Shown here: positions 19,064 to 29,118 of the stretch, piece by piece
Numbering within the stretch: position 1 is the first letter of the stretch
Layout: each line of letters begins with the position of its first letter
From: a virus
Lineage: Duplodnaviria > Caudoviricetes
Strand: one strand, 5' to 3'
DNA: 61,862 nt
IMG/VR virus record: IMGVR_UViG_3300042937_000071
Span: 1 to 61,862 of that record
Program-made: the position numbers and the translations under genes
The notes under the pieces: model-generated
Database searches by the model: none
What the model saw: the letters and a program-made list of their open reading frames with translations, nothing else
Told to the model about the DNA's origin: nothing

Positions 19064-19507
19064 ATGCTGGTAAATAGTAAAGAAAAACAACTTGGTGAGC
19101 AGGCGATCCTGATGATTGCCGCTGAAGAGACCAAGTCAAAATATTCTGCCGCGCAGGTGTACGCCGCGCTGGTTGCCGAAATGAATCTGCGTGGCACGAC
19201 CACCTATCGCGCTGGCAACACTATTTTTATGATGCATCACGCCAAGGGCCGCGTAGGCACTTTCCGCGCCCTCAATGCCGACACTGCCCGCAATTATTTG
19301 GAGAACTCCTACGAGTTTATTCAAGCCGCATACAAGATGGGTTTTGACACTCTAATGACCGAGTTTGAAGACCCGACCATTATCAACATCTTCAAAGCCA
19401 TTTCGCGCAACCCTCCCCGAGAGCAAATGGGCTACAAGGCCGAGAAGACTCAGACCGGGTATCGCGTCACCGTGAAACTTGGGCCAAAGCGGGAGGCTAA
19501 AGAATGA
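19064..19507 (+). CDS. Hypothetical protein, possible divergent GNAT-fold acyltransferase
   Basis: Apparent strand-strand-strand-helix-strand-helix order (AAYKMGFDTLMTEF; MGY); position before internal virion genes; fold is inferred. Confidence 0.45.
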   Translation: MLVNSKEKQLGEQAILMIAAEETKSKYSAAQVYAALVAEMNLRGTTTYRAGNTIFMMHHAKGRVGTFRALNADTARNYLENSYEFIQAAYKMGFDTLMTEFEDPTIINIFKAISRNPPREQMGYKAEKTQTGYRVTVKLGPKREAKE

Positions 19508-21360
19508 GCGCAGTCGTAAGTTTTGTTTCGGATGTTGTTGAGAGCGTCGTTGACGCTGTCGGTGATGTAGTTGATACCGTCGTCGATGTTGTAGAGGACG
19601 CGGTTGAATTTGTTGGCGACACCGTAGAGGCTATTGTTAATGACCCTCTTCCAACGCTGTTATCCATCGCTGGATCGTTTGTAGGTATTCCTCCGCCCGT
19701 GACCATGGCCGCCGTGACTGCGGCTCGTGGCGGCGACCTTGAAGACATCGTGCTGTCTGCTGGTGTGGCATATCTTGCCCCGCAGGCAAGCAACGCTCTG
19801 TCGTCTACTTTGTCGTCAACCATCGGAGGCGGAATCATCAATCAAACCGTATCCGATATTGTTGTTGATGGCGTGAGCAAGGGCCTTGTAAGTGGCACTA
19901 TTGCTGAGATACGCGGCGGCGACTTTGAAGACGGCTTTGCTGGTGGATTTACTGGTTCTATTGTGAATTCGTCTGTTGGCGAGTTTACCAATGAATTTAT
20001 TTCTCCCGGCGTACAAGATATGCTGGCTGATTCCGGATTAGATACCAGCACGATCAACTCAATTGTCAAAGAGGGCACACGGGCTGTGTCCGCTGGATTG
20101 ACCGCAGAGATTACTGGCCGTGGCGACTTTGATGATGCGTTCATCAACAGCGTTCAAAACTCGACCATCAATGTTGGAACCAACTACGCCGTCAATACGA
20201 TTGGTGATCAGTTCCGCTCGACCGAAGAAGGTCTGCAAACTGTAGAGAGAGAAAAAGAAGGCGAAAGCGATCTACTTAACTTCGACGATTATTTTGCGCT
20301 TGATACAACCCGCGATACCGACACCACTGGTGCGGGCATCGTTGACTCTTTGGTTGAAGAAGTTGCTGTGTCTGACACAGGCACCGACAGCGGCGCGACC
20401 ACTGACACGCTTGCAACCACTGGCATTGGCTCAACTGATTTTGGTAATCTTGAAACCACCTTTGGCTCAAAGAGTTTGGGGTCTGCTACCAACATTGACA
20501 GTTTGCTTGCAAGCACTGACGCAACTGAAATCATCGACGAGTTTGGTGGTGATGACGAGCCTCAAGGTTCTGTAACTGTAGAGGGTTTGCCGGGTGATGT
20601 TCAAGACTTGTATGCTGAGTATGGCATCGGTGATCAAGCAGAAGAAACTCCTGTAGAGGTTGCAAAAGAAACCGACTACGCCGACTACATCCCTACTGTC
20701 ACTCAGACTGATGCACAAGAACCTATTGGCGGCTTGACCACAATCAAGGCCGCAACAGAGTTGCCATCCGACATCACTGAAGAAGACATTGTGTTCTCTG
20801 GTGGCAAGGCTGACATTGATTCGGAAGAAAGTCTTGCAGATAAAAGTCAAGTGCTGGCTACTAAGAAAGCCGTTGACCCTTATGCTGGACTGGATGAGGG
20901 CATCACCAGCCTTACTGAAGACGGCACAGTTGATGTTGCTGGAGGTAAAACCCCGAACATCATTGATGGCGGCTTAAATGTCTTGAGCGACCTTGCAGGT
21001 AGAACTGGCTTGGTGGATAGCGGTGGCGGTATGTCAACTGACAAGTTGGTCACTGGCGCACTCAATCAATTCTTGCGGCCAGCAATCAAGACTGGTTTGA
21101 CAAAAGCAATCAAGGGCACACCTACAAAGACGCTTGTCAAGAGACCAGTGCAGAAAAAAGCACCGCTTACTGCATTGCAGGCTCAAAAAGTTCGTGGAGC
21201 AACACAGCCCCAACAGGCTCCTCGAAGCATTGATATGAGCAAGATCACTGGCAAACCTGTTGCCAAGGTCGCGCCACCTAAGAAGGTTGATGTCAAGACT
21301 CTGACACCGATCACCAATGTGGCAAGCCTCTCTTCAATTCTGTCTGGCGGCAAAGGATAA
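19504..21360 (+). CDS. Putative internal virion/ejection protein
   Basis: 618 aa; V/D/E amphipathic N-terminus, hydrophobic helices, acidic middle, basic tail. Confidence 0.6.
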   Translation: MSAVVSFVSDVVESVVDAVGDVVDTVVDVVEDAVEFVGDTVEAIVNDPLPTLLSIAGSFVGIPPPVTMAAVTAARGGDLEDIVLSAGVAYLAPQASNALSSTLSSTIGGGIINQTVSDIVVDGVSKGLVSGTIAEIRGGDFEDGFAGGFTGSIVNSSVGEFTNEFISPGVQDMLADSGLDTSTINSIVKEGTRAVSAGLTAEITGRGDFDDAFINSVQNSTINVGTNYAVNTIGDQFRSTEEGLQTVEREKEGESDLLNFDDYFALDTTRDTDTTGAGIVDSLVEEVAVSDTGTDSGATTDTLATTGIGSTDFGNLETTFGSKSLGSATNIDSLLASTDATEIIDEFGGDDEPQGSVTVEGLPGDVQDLYAEYGIGDQAEETPVEVAKETDYADYIPTVTQTDAQEPIGGLTTIKAATELPSDITEEDIVFSGGKADIDSEESLADKSQVLATKKAVDPYAGLDEGITSLTEDGTVDVAGGKTPNIIDGGLNVLSDLAGRTGLVDSGGGMSTDKLVTGALNQFLRPAIKTGLTKAIKGTPTKTLVKRPVQKKAPLTALQAQKVRGATQPQQAPRSIDMSKITGKPVAKVAPPKKVDVKTLTPITNVASLSSILSGGKG

Positions 21361-21363
21361 AAC

Positions 21364-24300
21364 ATGGCAATTCTAAAAAAACGCCGTTCACAGGCAAACC
21401 TCCCAGAGGTCACATCCGATAAGGGTGTGATCGTTTCGCGTCCGGGTGACAAGTTAACCAGCAAGGTTTCAAAGCCGCTGATGAGTACATCCGGCACCCC
21501 TGCTGGTCGTTTGACTAGCGCAGTCAAAGGTGAGGCTGTATCTACTCCCAAGGTTGGTGGTGGCGCTAATGTTACGCCCGCAAAGACTGCGGCCACAAAG
21601 ACTGCTGGTGCGGCCAAGCCTGCTTTAACTTCTGTTGTTGGTTCTCCTAAGAGCATCACCAACAAAACAACGGGCGCGACTCGTCCTACTGTTTCGACTA
21701 CTCAAGGAAAAACTGGAAGCACTTCTGGTTTGACAAGCGCAATCACTGGCGCTTTGACTGGTGCGGCTTTAGGTGTTGGAACTAAAGCCGTTTACGACAA
21801 ACTGACTGGCACCAAGAAGGTTGTTGATGCATCCAAGGTTCCCGGCGGAACCACTAAACCGGGCGGTACAACCACCAAACCCGGCGGGACGACAACAAAG
21901 CCCGGCACCAATGTCGGAACTCCTCCTTTTGTGCCCGGTGGCACAACCAAGCCGGGAGGGACTACAACTAAGCCCGGCGGTACTACGACCAAACCCGGTG
22001 GAACAACCACTAAGCCCGGTGGCACTACAACCAAACCGGGTGGTACGACTACCAAACCGGGTGGCCCAACCAAGCCTACTACTGGTGGCCCCAAGCCTCC
22101 CGTCACGCCTAAAGGCCCAACCAAACCCGGCGGCTCTACTGGTGGTACTGGCGGAACTAAACCGGGTACTGGCGCGTCTGGGTTTCCTGTTGGCGTCAAT
22201 CCAAATGCAACCGCAAACGAGGATGGCACTTACACCGAGACATTTGATGACGGCTCGACGATCACTTATGACGCCGATGGCAACATCATGTCAACGACTG
22301 ATGCCGAGGGTACTGAGACCGCAACAAACGATGACGGCACCACAACTTATACCTACGATGACGGCTCAACTGTTACCGTTGATGCAAACGGCAATGTGAT
22401 CTCTTCCACTGAAGCGGAAGATGAATTTGCGGCTGACTCTACCGACACTAAAGTTGATGAAGACGGCAACACTGTCTACACCTATGACGATGGCTCAACC
22501 ATAACCATTGACGAGGATGGCAATGTTATTTCCAGTACTGACGCCACAGACTTTGAAGAAGATGTTGTTGCTGAGGACGAGGTAACAGAAGACGAGGATG
22601 TTCTTGCCGAGGGCGCGACTGACGAAGAACTTGAAGAACTTGGTTACTACGAAGACGAGTACGGCAACATCTACGACAACAGTGGCGAGTTGGTTTATGC
22701 CGCCGATGACTACTACACTGATGAAGAAATTTCCGATTACATCTACACAGATGAATACGGCAATGAATACGACTACTACGGCAATATTGTGTCTGAGGCC
22801 GATCACTCCGACTACTTGTATACCGATGATGAAGGCTATCAGTACGATTGGGACGGCAATGTCGTGTTTGATCCTTATGCTGGCGCAGAAGATGAATACT
22901 ATTACGATGAAGAAATAACATACCCCGAAGACGAGTACGCTGAAGGAGAGTCTTATGACTACGGAGAAGAAGACTATTCTGATTTGGATGATTGGTGGGG
23001 TAAAAAAGGAGGTCTTGTGGCACTAATGAAAGACGGTGGGGTGCCCCACTTTGACGAAGGCGGCGAGGTCGAGATGTTTGACGACGGCTCCTATATCGTT
23101 TACTACGAAGACGGTTCGTCTATCACTTACGATGATTCCGGAGAAATCTATGATGTAACCGGAACCGAATCCGGTGACAGCATGGCCGAGTATGCGCTTG
23201 ACAATATGCAGATGCGTACATCTACAACTGGCTCTGATGAAGTCGCTGAAGAAGAGGTTGCTGAAGAAGAGACTGGTGAAGACTCCCGCTATTCTGTTGG
23301 CAACATTCAATACTTTGATGACGGCTCGTACATTCAGACTTTTGATGATGGCTCAACAATGACTGTTGATAGCGATGGAAATGTCTACGCTACAACCGAC
23401 GCCCCTGACTACAGCGTAACTGGCGCTGGTTCTGGTTCTGGCCGCACCAATTACTACAACACGCAAACTGGGTCAGAACGCGCAAGGGAGGCGGCTGAAC
23501 AAAAACAATTGGAGACAAAGTCTAAATCTGCTATAGACGAGTTGATGGGCAGTATCACTGGCTCTGGTTACCTTGGTGCTGGTGCCGCTGGCGCTGTGCT
23601 TGGCGCATTGCTTGGTAACTCCGACCTGTTCTCTGGTGGCTCTGGTACGCAGAACCAAGGCATCGATATGTCTAAGGTTGGCGTAATTCCTGCCCGCACC
23701 ACTGAGTTTGGTGTTGGCCCCGCAAACTATGTGACTTACGATCAGTACGCCGCTCGTGATGAGATGCCCGACATCTATGGCGACGAGTTGTATCGCAATC
23801 TAAATGCACCGGGCTTTAATCCTGTCAACGAAGGAGACTATGGATATGAAGAATCTGAAGCAGAAACTGAAGACAATACTGAGCAGGCTCCAGCAATGGC
23901 TGACGGCGGCTTGGCAGGCGGTTACTACACTTTTGGCAAAACTGTTGACCCGCTTCAAAACCTAACTAACCCACGCCCTGCCCAACAAACGCAGGTTCCT
24001 CAAATGGCGGGCGGATTGCCTCGTGCAGGTGGGTTGCCAAACTCTCCGGCCATGGTCTCACCGCAACAACCTTCTACACAGCAACAGATGCCACAGCAGG
24101 TACAAATGCCTCCCGCAATGAAGCGCGGTGGCTTGCCTGCGGTATCCAATGTGCCATTGGCTGAAGGTCGTTTGGACTTCCGCAAAGGTTCCGCTGTTCA
24201 TGGCCCCGGCGATGGACAGTCTGACGACATCCCCGCTATGCTGGCGGATGGCGAATATGTAATTGACGCAGAGACCGTGGCTCAAATTGGTAACGGGTCA

Positions 24301-24429
24301 ACAAAAGCAGGGGCACAGGCTCTTGATAAGTTCCGCGAAAACATCCGCGCACACAAGCGCTCTGCGCCTCTGAACAAAATCCCGCCGAAGACAAAGGCGT
24401 TGACCTCATACCTGAAGAAAGGAAAATAA
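21364..24429 (+). CDS. Large low-complexity virion protein; C-terminal GPGDGQSDDIPAMLADGEYV domain
   Basis: 1021 aa; GGTTTKP repeats, DDGS repeats, Y/D/E tract; C-terminal motif recalled from tape-measure/ejection proteins. Confidence 0.7.
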   Translation: MAILKKRRSQANLPEVTSDKGVIVSRPGDKLTSKVSKPLMSTSGTPAGRLTSAVKGEAVSTPKVGGGANVTPAKTAATKTAGAAKPALTSVVGSPKSITNKTTGATRPTVSTTQGKTGSTSGLTSAITGALTGAALGVGTKAVYDKLTGTKKVVDASKVPGGTTKPGGTTTKPGGTTTKPGTNVGTPPFVPGGTTKPGGTTTKPGGTTTKPGGTTTKPGGTTTKPGGTTTKPGGPTKPTTGGPKPPVTPKGPTKPGGSTGGTGGTKPGTGASGFPVGVNPNATANEDGTYTETFDDGSTITYDADGNIMSTTDAEGTETATNDDGTTTYTYDDGSTVTVDANGNVISSTEAEDEFAADSTDTKVDEDGNTVYTYDDGSTITIDEDGNVISSTDATDFEEDVVAEDEVTEDEDVLAEGATDEELEELGYYEDEYGNIYDNSGELVYAADDYYTDEEISDYIYTDEYGNEYDYYGNIVSEADHSDYLYTDDEGYQYDWDGNVVFDPYAGAEDEYYYDEEITYPEDEYAEGESYDYGEEDYSDLDDWWGKKGGLVALMKDGGVPHFDEGGEVEMFDDGSYIVYYEDGSSITYDDSGEIYDVTGTESGDSMAEYALDNMQMRTSTTGSDEVAEEEVAEEETGEDSRYSVGNIQYFDDGSYIQTFDDGSTMTVDSDGNVYATTDAPDYSVTGAGSGSGRTNYYNTQTGSERAREAAEQKQLETKSKSAIDELMGSITGSGYLGAGAAGAVLGALLGNSDLFSGGSGTQNQGIDMSKVGVIPARTTEFGVGPANYVTYDQYAARDEMPDIYGDELYRNLNAPGFNPVNEGDYGYEESEAETEDNTEQAPAMADGGLAGGYYTFGKTVDPLQNLTNPRPAQQTQVPQMAGGLPRAGGLPNSPAMVSPQQPSTQQQMPQQVQMPPAMKRGGLPAVSNVPLAEGRLDFRKGSAVHGPGDGQSDDIPAMLADGEYVIDAETVAQIGNGSTKAGAQALDKFRENIRAHKRSAPLNKIPPKTKALTSYLKKGK
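21841..22167 (+). repeat. Coding tandem repeat (PGGTTTK)n, 21-bp unit
   Basis: Visible in DNA and protein; synonymous positions vary between units. Confidence 0.9.
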
Positions 24430-24430
24430 A

Positions 24431-25444
24431 ATGGCTGGACTTTTTCAAGGTGATCCGTTACCAGCGCTAACAAAAACCACGGAGCAACAACAGGTTGCCC
24501 CAGAGTTTTATACCAATTACCTTCAGGACATTGCAAACCTAGGTCAAAACGCTGTTCAACAGGGTGGCGTTGCTGGCTTCTCGCCACTGCAACAGCAGGC
24601 TCTATCCATGGCGCCCAATGTGGCGTTCTCTGGAGCAGGTTCTCTGGGCGCGGCGTCTCAACTACTTGGCGAGGCTGGCGCTACAACGATGCCTGATGTT
24701 GTTGCGGACTACATGAACCCGTACACCAGTTCCGTGGTGAACGAGATGGCCCGCTTGCAACAGCGCAACATCCGTGAGAATGTATTGCCGAACCTCGGCG
24801 GTGCGGCTGTGGGCACGGGTCAGTTTGGTTCACGCCGTCAGGCTCAGGTAACTGGGCAGGCTTTGCGTGACCTCCAGTCTGATCTTATTGGCAAGCAGAT
24901 GGGCGCTCTACAACAGGGCTACACCGAAGCGGGTAAGTTTGCGCAGACTGATCTTGAGCGTGCGCTCAATGCTGGTCGCTCATTCACATCGCTGGGCCAA
25001 GAGCAACAGCAACTTGGTGTTGGTGGTTTGAAGACTTTGTTTGATTACGGTGGTCAAGAACAGGCCCTCGGCCAAAAAATGCTTGACTACCCTATGGCGC
25101 AGACACAAGCCTTTGCAAAACTCTTGCAAGGCTATCAAGTGCCAACCGGAACCGTACAGCAGACCACTGGCTCAGAAGGCTACAGCAATGCACCTCTGGC
25201 GCAGATTGCTGGCCTCTTGCAAGGTTTGGGTGCATTCTTGCGCTCAGAACCCGGCAAGGCAAACGGCGGCGTGATGCGCAAAGCAAAAGGTGGCGCACTG
25301 CGCAAACAACCCATGGCGGCGACAATGGCAGGAAAAGGCCGTCGCATGAAAATGGGCGGATATGCAGACGGTGGCGCTACGCCAATCGCTTATACCGATG
25401 GCGATGGCAATATTTATGACACCGATGGAAACCTAGTGGGGTAA
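24431..25444 (+). CDS. Putative ejection (DNA transfer) protein
   Basis: Q/G/A-rich with YMNPY and GQFGSRR motifs typical of podoviral ejection proteins. Confidence 0.65.
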   Translation: MAGLFQGDPLPALTKTTEQQQVAPEFYTNYLQDIANLGQNAVQQGGVAGFSPLQQQALSMAPNVAFSGAGSLGAASQLLGEAGATTMPDVVADYMNPYTSSVVNEMARLQQRNIRENVLPNLGGAAVGTGQFGSRRQAQVTGQALRDLQSDLIGKQMGALQQGYTEAGKFAQTDLERALNAGRSFTSLGQEQQQLGVGGLKTLFDYGGQEQALGQKMLDYPMAQTQAFAKLLQGYQVPTGTVQQTTGSEGYSNAPLAQIAGLLQGLGAFLRSEPGKANGGVMRKAKGGALRKQPMAATMAGKGRRMKMGGYADGGATPIAYTDGDGNIYDTDGNLVG

Positions 25445-25447
25445 GAG

Positions 25448-27379
25448 ATGGCAATACAACAACAAGCGTCACCCGGAGGTCTTAATCAAGTCGCTCGTCC
25501 TGCGGCCCCTGCCGCACCTGCGGCTCCTCCTCAGCCTCCTAAGCAGGAGAATCTTGCGGCTCGTGCCGCTGGCATGGAGCAAGAGGGAGAAGAGTCTCCA
25601 CAGGATTACTTCACCAAGACTCTGGAAGAGCGTCGTCGTCAATCTGAGGCGTTGATGTCGCAGATCGAGCGGCTCAAGTCGTCTCTTGATAGCCGCAAGG
25701 GATTGCCGTTTGACCCCGTGATGATGGCTGGTGCCGCTGGTTTCTTAAAGCCAACCAAAACCGGATCGTTTGGCGAGTCGCTTGGCTATGCCGCTGAGGG
25801 TATGTCAAGCGAGGCAGAGAAAGAATTTGCTCGTCGTCAGGCCATGCAGAAACTCGAACTTGAGTTGGGCGAGAAAGGGCTTGGTCTCATGACTAAGAAT
25901 CTTGAAGCCGCAGACCTCATGCGCCTGTCAGGTATGGGTGATAAAGCAATGGCCGCACCAAGAGTTGGCGCACCTGCTGGTGGCCCCGCCGGAGGCCCTG
26001 TTGGTGGCCCAGTAGGTGGCACTGCCGCTCCCGGCGCTCCCTCTGCCCCAGCCGCTGGCGGCGCACCTGCTGGCAGTGTTGGTCAGACTGGCGCACCAAA
26101 CCAAATGCGTCTGCTTACCGACGCGGACATTGCTCGTGCTTACAGCATCTCAAAAGAGCATGGCGACAAGATTTCAAACCTTGCAAAGATGCAACGCGAG
26201 GACATCATCTCCACACCGGAAGGCCCGTTCTCTCGCTCACAGCAACGATACCTCGAAGTCGATCCGCATCAGACCAAAATCATTGAGCGTGACTTCGGTC
26301 GCTTCATTGGCCCGAAAAAGGTGCCCGAGCGTCTGTCACGCGAGTACGACCGCATCCGCGCTCAAGCCGTCGAGAAGGACGATCCAGAGATTGAGTTCAA
26401 CTGGTTCCGTCGTCAAGGCTGGCTGGAAGGCAACATCAAACCCACGAAGGAAGAGATTGCCGCAGGCAAGGCCCCAACTACTGGCGCTGGCCCAAGCAAG
26501 CCTCCGTTGACTGTGCAAGAGCGCGAGACACAAGAGGCTCTGCGTAAGAAGCGTGGCGAGACAGAGATTGAGGAAGAGAAGACTCAGATCAGCAACATTC
26601 GCAACAATATGCAGAATGCTCGTGGCTTGACCAATATCGCTAAGGACATGACAACCTATGCGTCGTCTAATCCTCGTGCGTTCCAGTTGTTGCAAGACAC
26701 GACTATCAAAGACGCAATTTTCCGTGCGGCTGAAAAAGGCATTCAGGCTGGTAACCTTGGTTCAATTAGCCTACCAACTCGTGAGTTGGAGACTTACAAA
26801 CTTAGCCCGCAGGATCGTGAAGCGCTTCAGATGTTCATGCAGAAGTACGCTGAATTGACGGTGAACTTCCGTAAAGTTGCTCGTGCCCCGGGCGAAGGTG
26901 CTACAACCGAGAGCGAAGGCTTGCTCTTCTCGCAGTTGGGTGCATTGCCATCCGATACTGCGCGAGTCATCATTCTCAAGTCGCACGCCCTCGAACTCAA
27001 AGCAGAGTACGACAAGCAACTCTTCCGCGCATGGAACAAATACAAGGGTGAGAACAAGGACGCTTCCTACGGCGAATTCCTTGCGTCGGATGTCAAAGAC
27101 ACTCTGGACAACCAGTACGACGCGACCCTGCAAAAGGTTCGAGAGCGTAACGGCGATTTGTTTGGTGGAACTCGTCGCACAGAATCCAAGCCATCGACTT
27201 CTACGGCGCCCGCCGCACCAGCGGCTCCGGCCAATCGTCCGCCTGCGGCACCAGCGGCACCAGCCGCCGGGCCAGTGCGCATTAAAAACAAGGCTGATCC
27301 AGCGTTTAAGAATTTGCCTGTTGGCAGTGTTTACATCGATGTCGACGGTACAGTGAAAAGAAAAAAGGAAGGTGAGTAA
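25448..27379 (+). CDS. Putative ejection protein
   Basis: 643 aa helical protein with A/P linkers; operon position. Confidence 0.6.
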   Translation: MAIQQQASPGGLNQVARPAAPAAPAAPPQPPKQENLAARAAGMEQEGEESPQDYFTKTLEERRRQSEALMSQIERLKSSLDSRKGLPFDPVMMAGAAGFLKPTKTGSFGESLGYAAEGMSSEAEKEFARRQAMQKLELELGEKGLGLMTKNLEAADLMRLSGMGDKAMAAPRVGAPAGGPAGGPVGGPVGGTAAPGAPSAPAAGGAPAGSVGQTGAPNQMRLLTDADIARAYSISKEHGDKISNLAKMQREDIISTPEGPFSRSQQRYLEVDPHQTKIIERDFGRFIGPKKVPERLSREYDRIRAQAVEKDDPEIEFNWFRRQGWLEGNIKPTKEEIAAGKAPTTGAGPSKPPLTVQERETQEALRKKRGETEIEEEKTQISNIRNNMQNARGLTNIAKDMTTYASSNPRAFQLLQDTTIKDAIFRAAEKGIQAGNLGSISLPTRELETYKLSPQDREALQMFMQKYAELTVNFRKVARAPGEGATTESEGLLFSQLGALPSDTARVIILKSHALELKAEYDKQLFRAWNKYKGENKDASYGEFLASDVKDTLDNQYDATLQKVRERNGDLFGGTRRTESKPSTSTAPAAPAAPANRPPAAPAAPAAGPVRIKNKADPAFKNLPVGSVYIDVDGTVKRKKEGE

Positions 27380-29079
27380 TGGCTGAACAAAAAGCACCGC
27401 CAAAACAGAGCGAAAATGTTGCCTCGTTTGTTCAGCAGTATGGCCCTATAGCCGAACGAGTTGGAACAGAAATTGGCGTAGACCCCAAGATCATTCTTGG
27501 TCAATGGGGCCATGAGACTGGCTGGGGTTCTAAAGTCATTCCGGGCACCTATAACCTTGGCAACATCAAAGACCCAAGCAACAAAGGCCAGAAGGCATAC
27601 GATAAGCGCGAGAAGTCCAACGACGCATACCTGCGGTTTGAAGACCCAGAAGTGTTTGGCGATTACTACGCTGACTTTATCAAGCGGATGTACCCCAAGG
27701 CTGTAGGCGCTGGCTCTGATGTGTCCAAGTTTTCGCAAGGTCTCAATCAAGGTGTGCGTGGTGCCTATGCAACCGACGAGAACTATCCACTCGCTTTGCG
27801 ATCCGCTTACACAACGGTTTCCAACATCCGCCCGGCGGGTGAGGAAGTTAACCCATTTGATCGTGTTCAACCGCCATCGACCGAGACCTTAGATGCCGCA
27901 ACTGGTGATGGCGGGCCAATGCCTGAGCGTTCGCGCTCAACAGAAGACGCCGCCACAATTGGCACCCTTGTTGGTTTTGGTAAGGGTGTTTTAGAGCGCG
28001 GCGCAGAGGTCTACAAGCCTCCATCAACCGCCGCCGCAGAAGAGGGCCTTGCAAGGGCGCAGGATCGCTTCAGGATCGCTCAGGAGCGTTTGGCTAACCC
28101 GCCAGCCTCCGGAGTCAACATCGCCGATCTGGAGGCCGAATTCCAGCGTTCTCAGGGCGTTCTACAGCAAGCCGAGCGTGATTTAGGTGAGGCCCGCTCC
28201 AGAGCCGCCTCATTGAAGCCCGGTGCCGCCCCGGCTCCTGCCGCCCCCGGTGGGGGTGGTGGTATCCCAACCGATGCCCAGAACCAGCGCGTTCAATTGG
28301 GCACCGTGGATGAGTCCGGAACTACTGGTCGTCAGCGTATGGGCTTTAACGAGCGTACAGCCGCCGAAGCCGCACGCCGTGAAGAGGTTGCCAAAGTCCA
28401 GCAGGAACTTGTGCGTAAGGGCGTTTTAACTGACAAAAATGTGTTGGCCGAAGCGCCCGGCATGACCACCACCAAGGGAGGCATTCAGGTGCCTGCCAGC
28501 GCGGTCTATGAGGATGAGTTGGCCCAGCGCCAAGCCGACACTCGAACTGCAACTGAAAGAGCCGCCGCAGACGCCGAGGTTGAGCGTGTCAAGGCCGAGC
28601 AGAAGCGGGCCAGCATTGAGGCCAGCCAAAGGCGTAAAGCCGTGGATCAGGCCAAGCGGGCAGAACAACAGACCACCCAGCGTGCCACCCAGAGCGCGGC
28701 CAAAGCAGAAGATGCCTTGGCTGTAGCGCAGGCGGCGGCAGACCGCGCTCAAAAGTCTGGGCTGTCAAACTTCCAAAAGGCTGGCAAGTATGTTGCCAAG
28801 GCGCCCGTCCTATCAAATGTAGCCGGAGGTCTTGGGACTGGTTTGTCAGTTGATGAGGCCGTCAAACGGTATCAGGCTGGCGACTATTCTGGTATGGTTT
28901 TGGCTACGATTGAAGGCGCACTGGCGACTGCATCGATGGCTCCTCCAATAGGCCCTGCGGGTCTTGCGGCCAAGGGCGTGGGTACGGTCGGTGGTTTGGC
29001 TATGATTCCAGTTATGATTGCTCATGACTACTTCCGCAAGCGCGGAGCGTGGGCAGAGCCTGAGAAGGCCCCGCAGTAA
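27379..29079 (+). CDS. Ejection protein with N-terminal GH73/FlgJ-like peptidoglycan hydrolase
   Basis: QWGHETGWG, NLGNIK and YATDENY motifs; C-terminal hydrophobic helices. Confidence 0.8.
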   Translation: MAEQKAPPKQSENVASFVQQYGPIAERVGTEIGVDPKIILGQWGHETGWGSKVIPGTYNLGNIKDPSNKGQKAYDKREKSNDAYLRFEDPEVFGDYYADFIKRMYPKAVGAGSDVSKFSQGLNQGVRGAYATDENYPLALRSAYTTVSNIRPAGEEVNPFDRVQPPSTETLDAATGDGGPMPERSRSTEDAATIGTLVGFGKGVLERGAEVYKPPSTAAAEEGLARAQDRFRIAQERLANPPASGVNIADLEAEFQRSQGVLQQAERDLGEARSRAASLKPGAAPAPAAPGGGGGIPTDAQNQRVQLGTVDESGTTGRQRMGFNERTAAEAARREEVAKVQQELVRKGVLTDKNVLAEAPGMTTTKGGIQVPASAVYEDELAQRQADTRTATERAAADAEVERVKAEQKRASIEASQRRKAVDQAKRAEQQTTQRATQSAAKAEDALAVAQAAADRAQKSGLSNFQKAGKYVAKAPVLSNVAGGLGTGLSVDEAVKRYQAGDYSGMVLATIEGALATASMAPPIGPAGLAAKGVGTVGGLAMIPVMIAHDYFRKRGAWAEPEKAPQ

Positions 29080-29118
29080 AAAGTTTCTTTGCAGGAGGCA
29101 GTTGCCGCTCTCCTTCTT

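Noticed and set aside
21841-22167. CRISPR-like or non-coding repeat array
   Set aside because: No spacers; the 21-bp units are in frame and vary at synonymous positions
23001-23012. A-run at GKKGG as a second frameshift site
   Set aside because: T_AAA_AAA is a weaker heptamer, I saw no strong downstream stem, and there is no second allele to test
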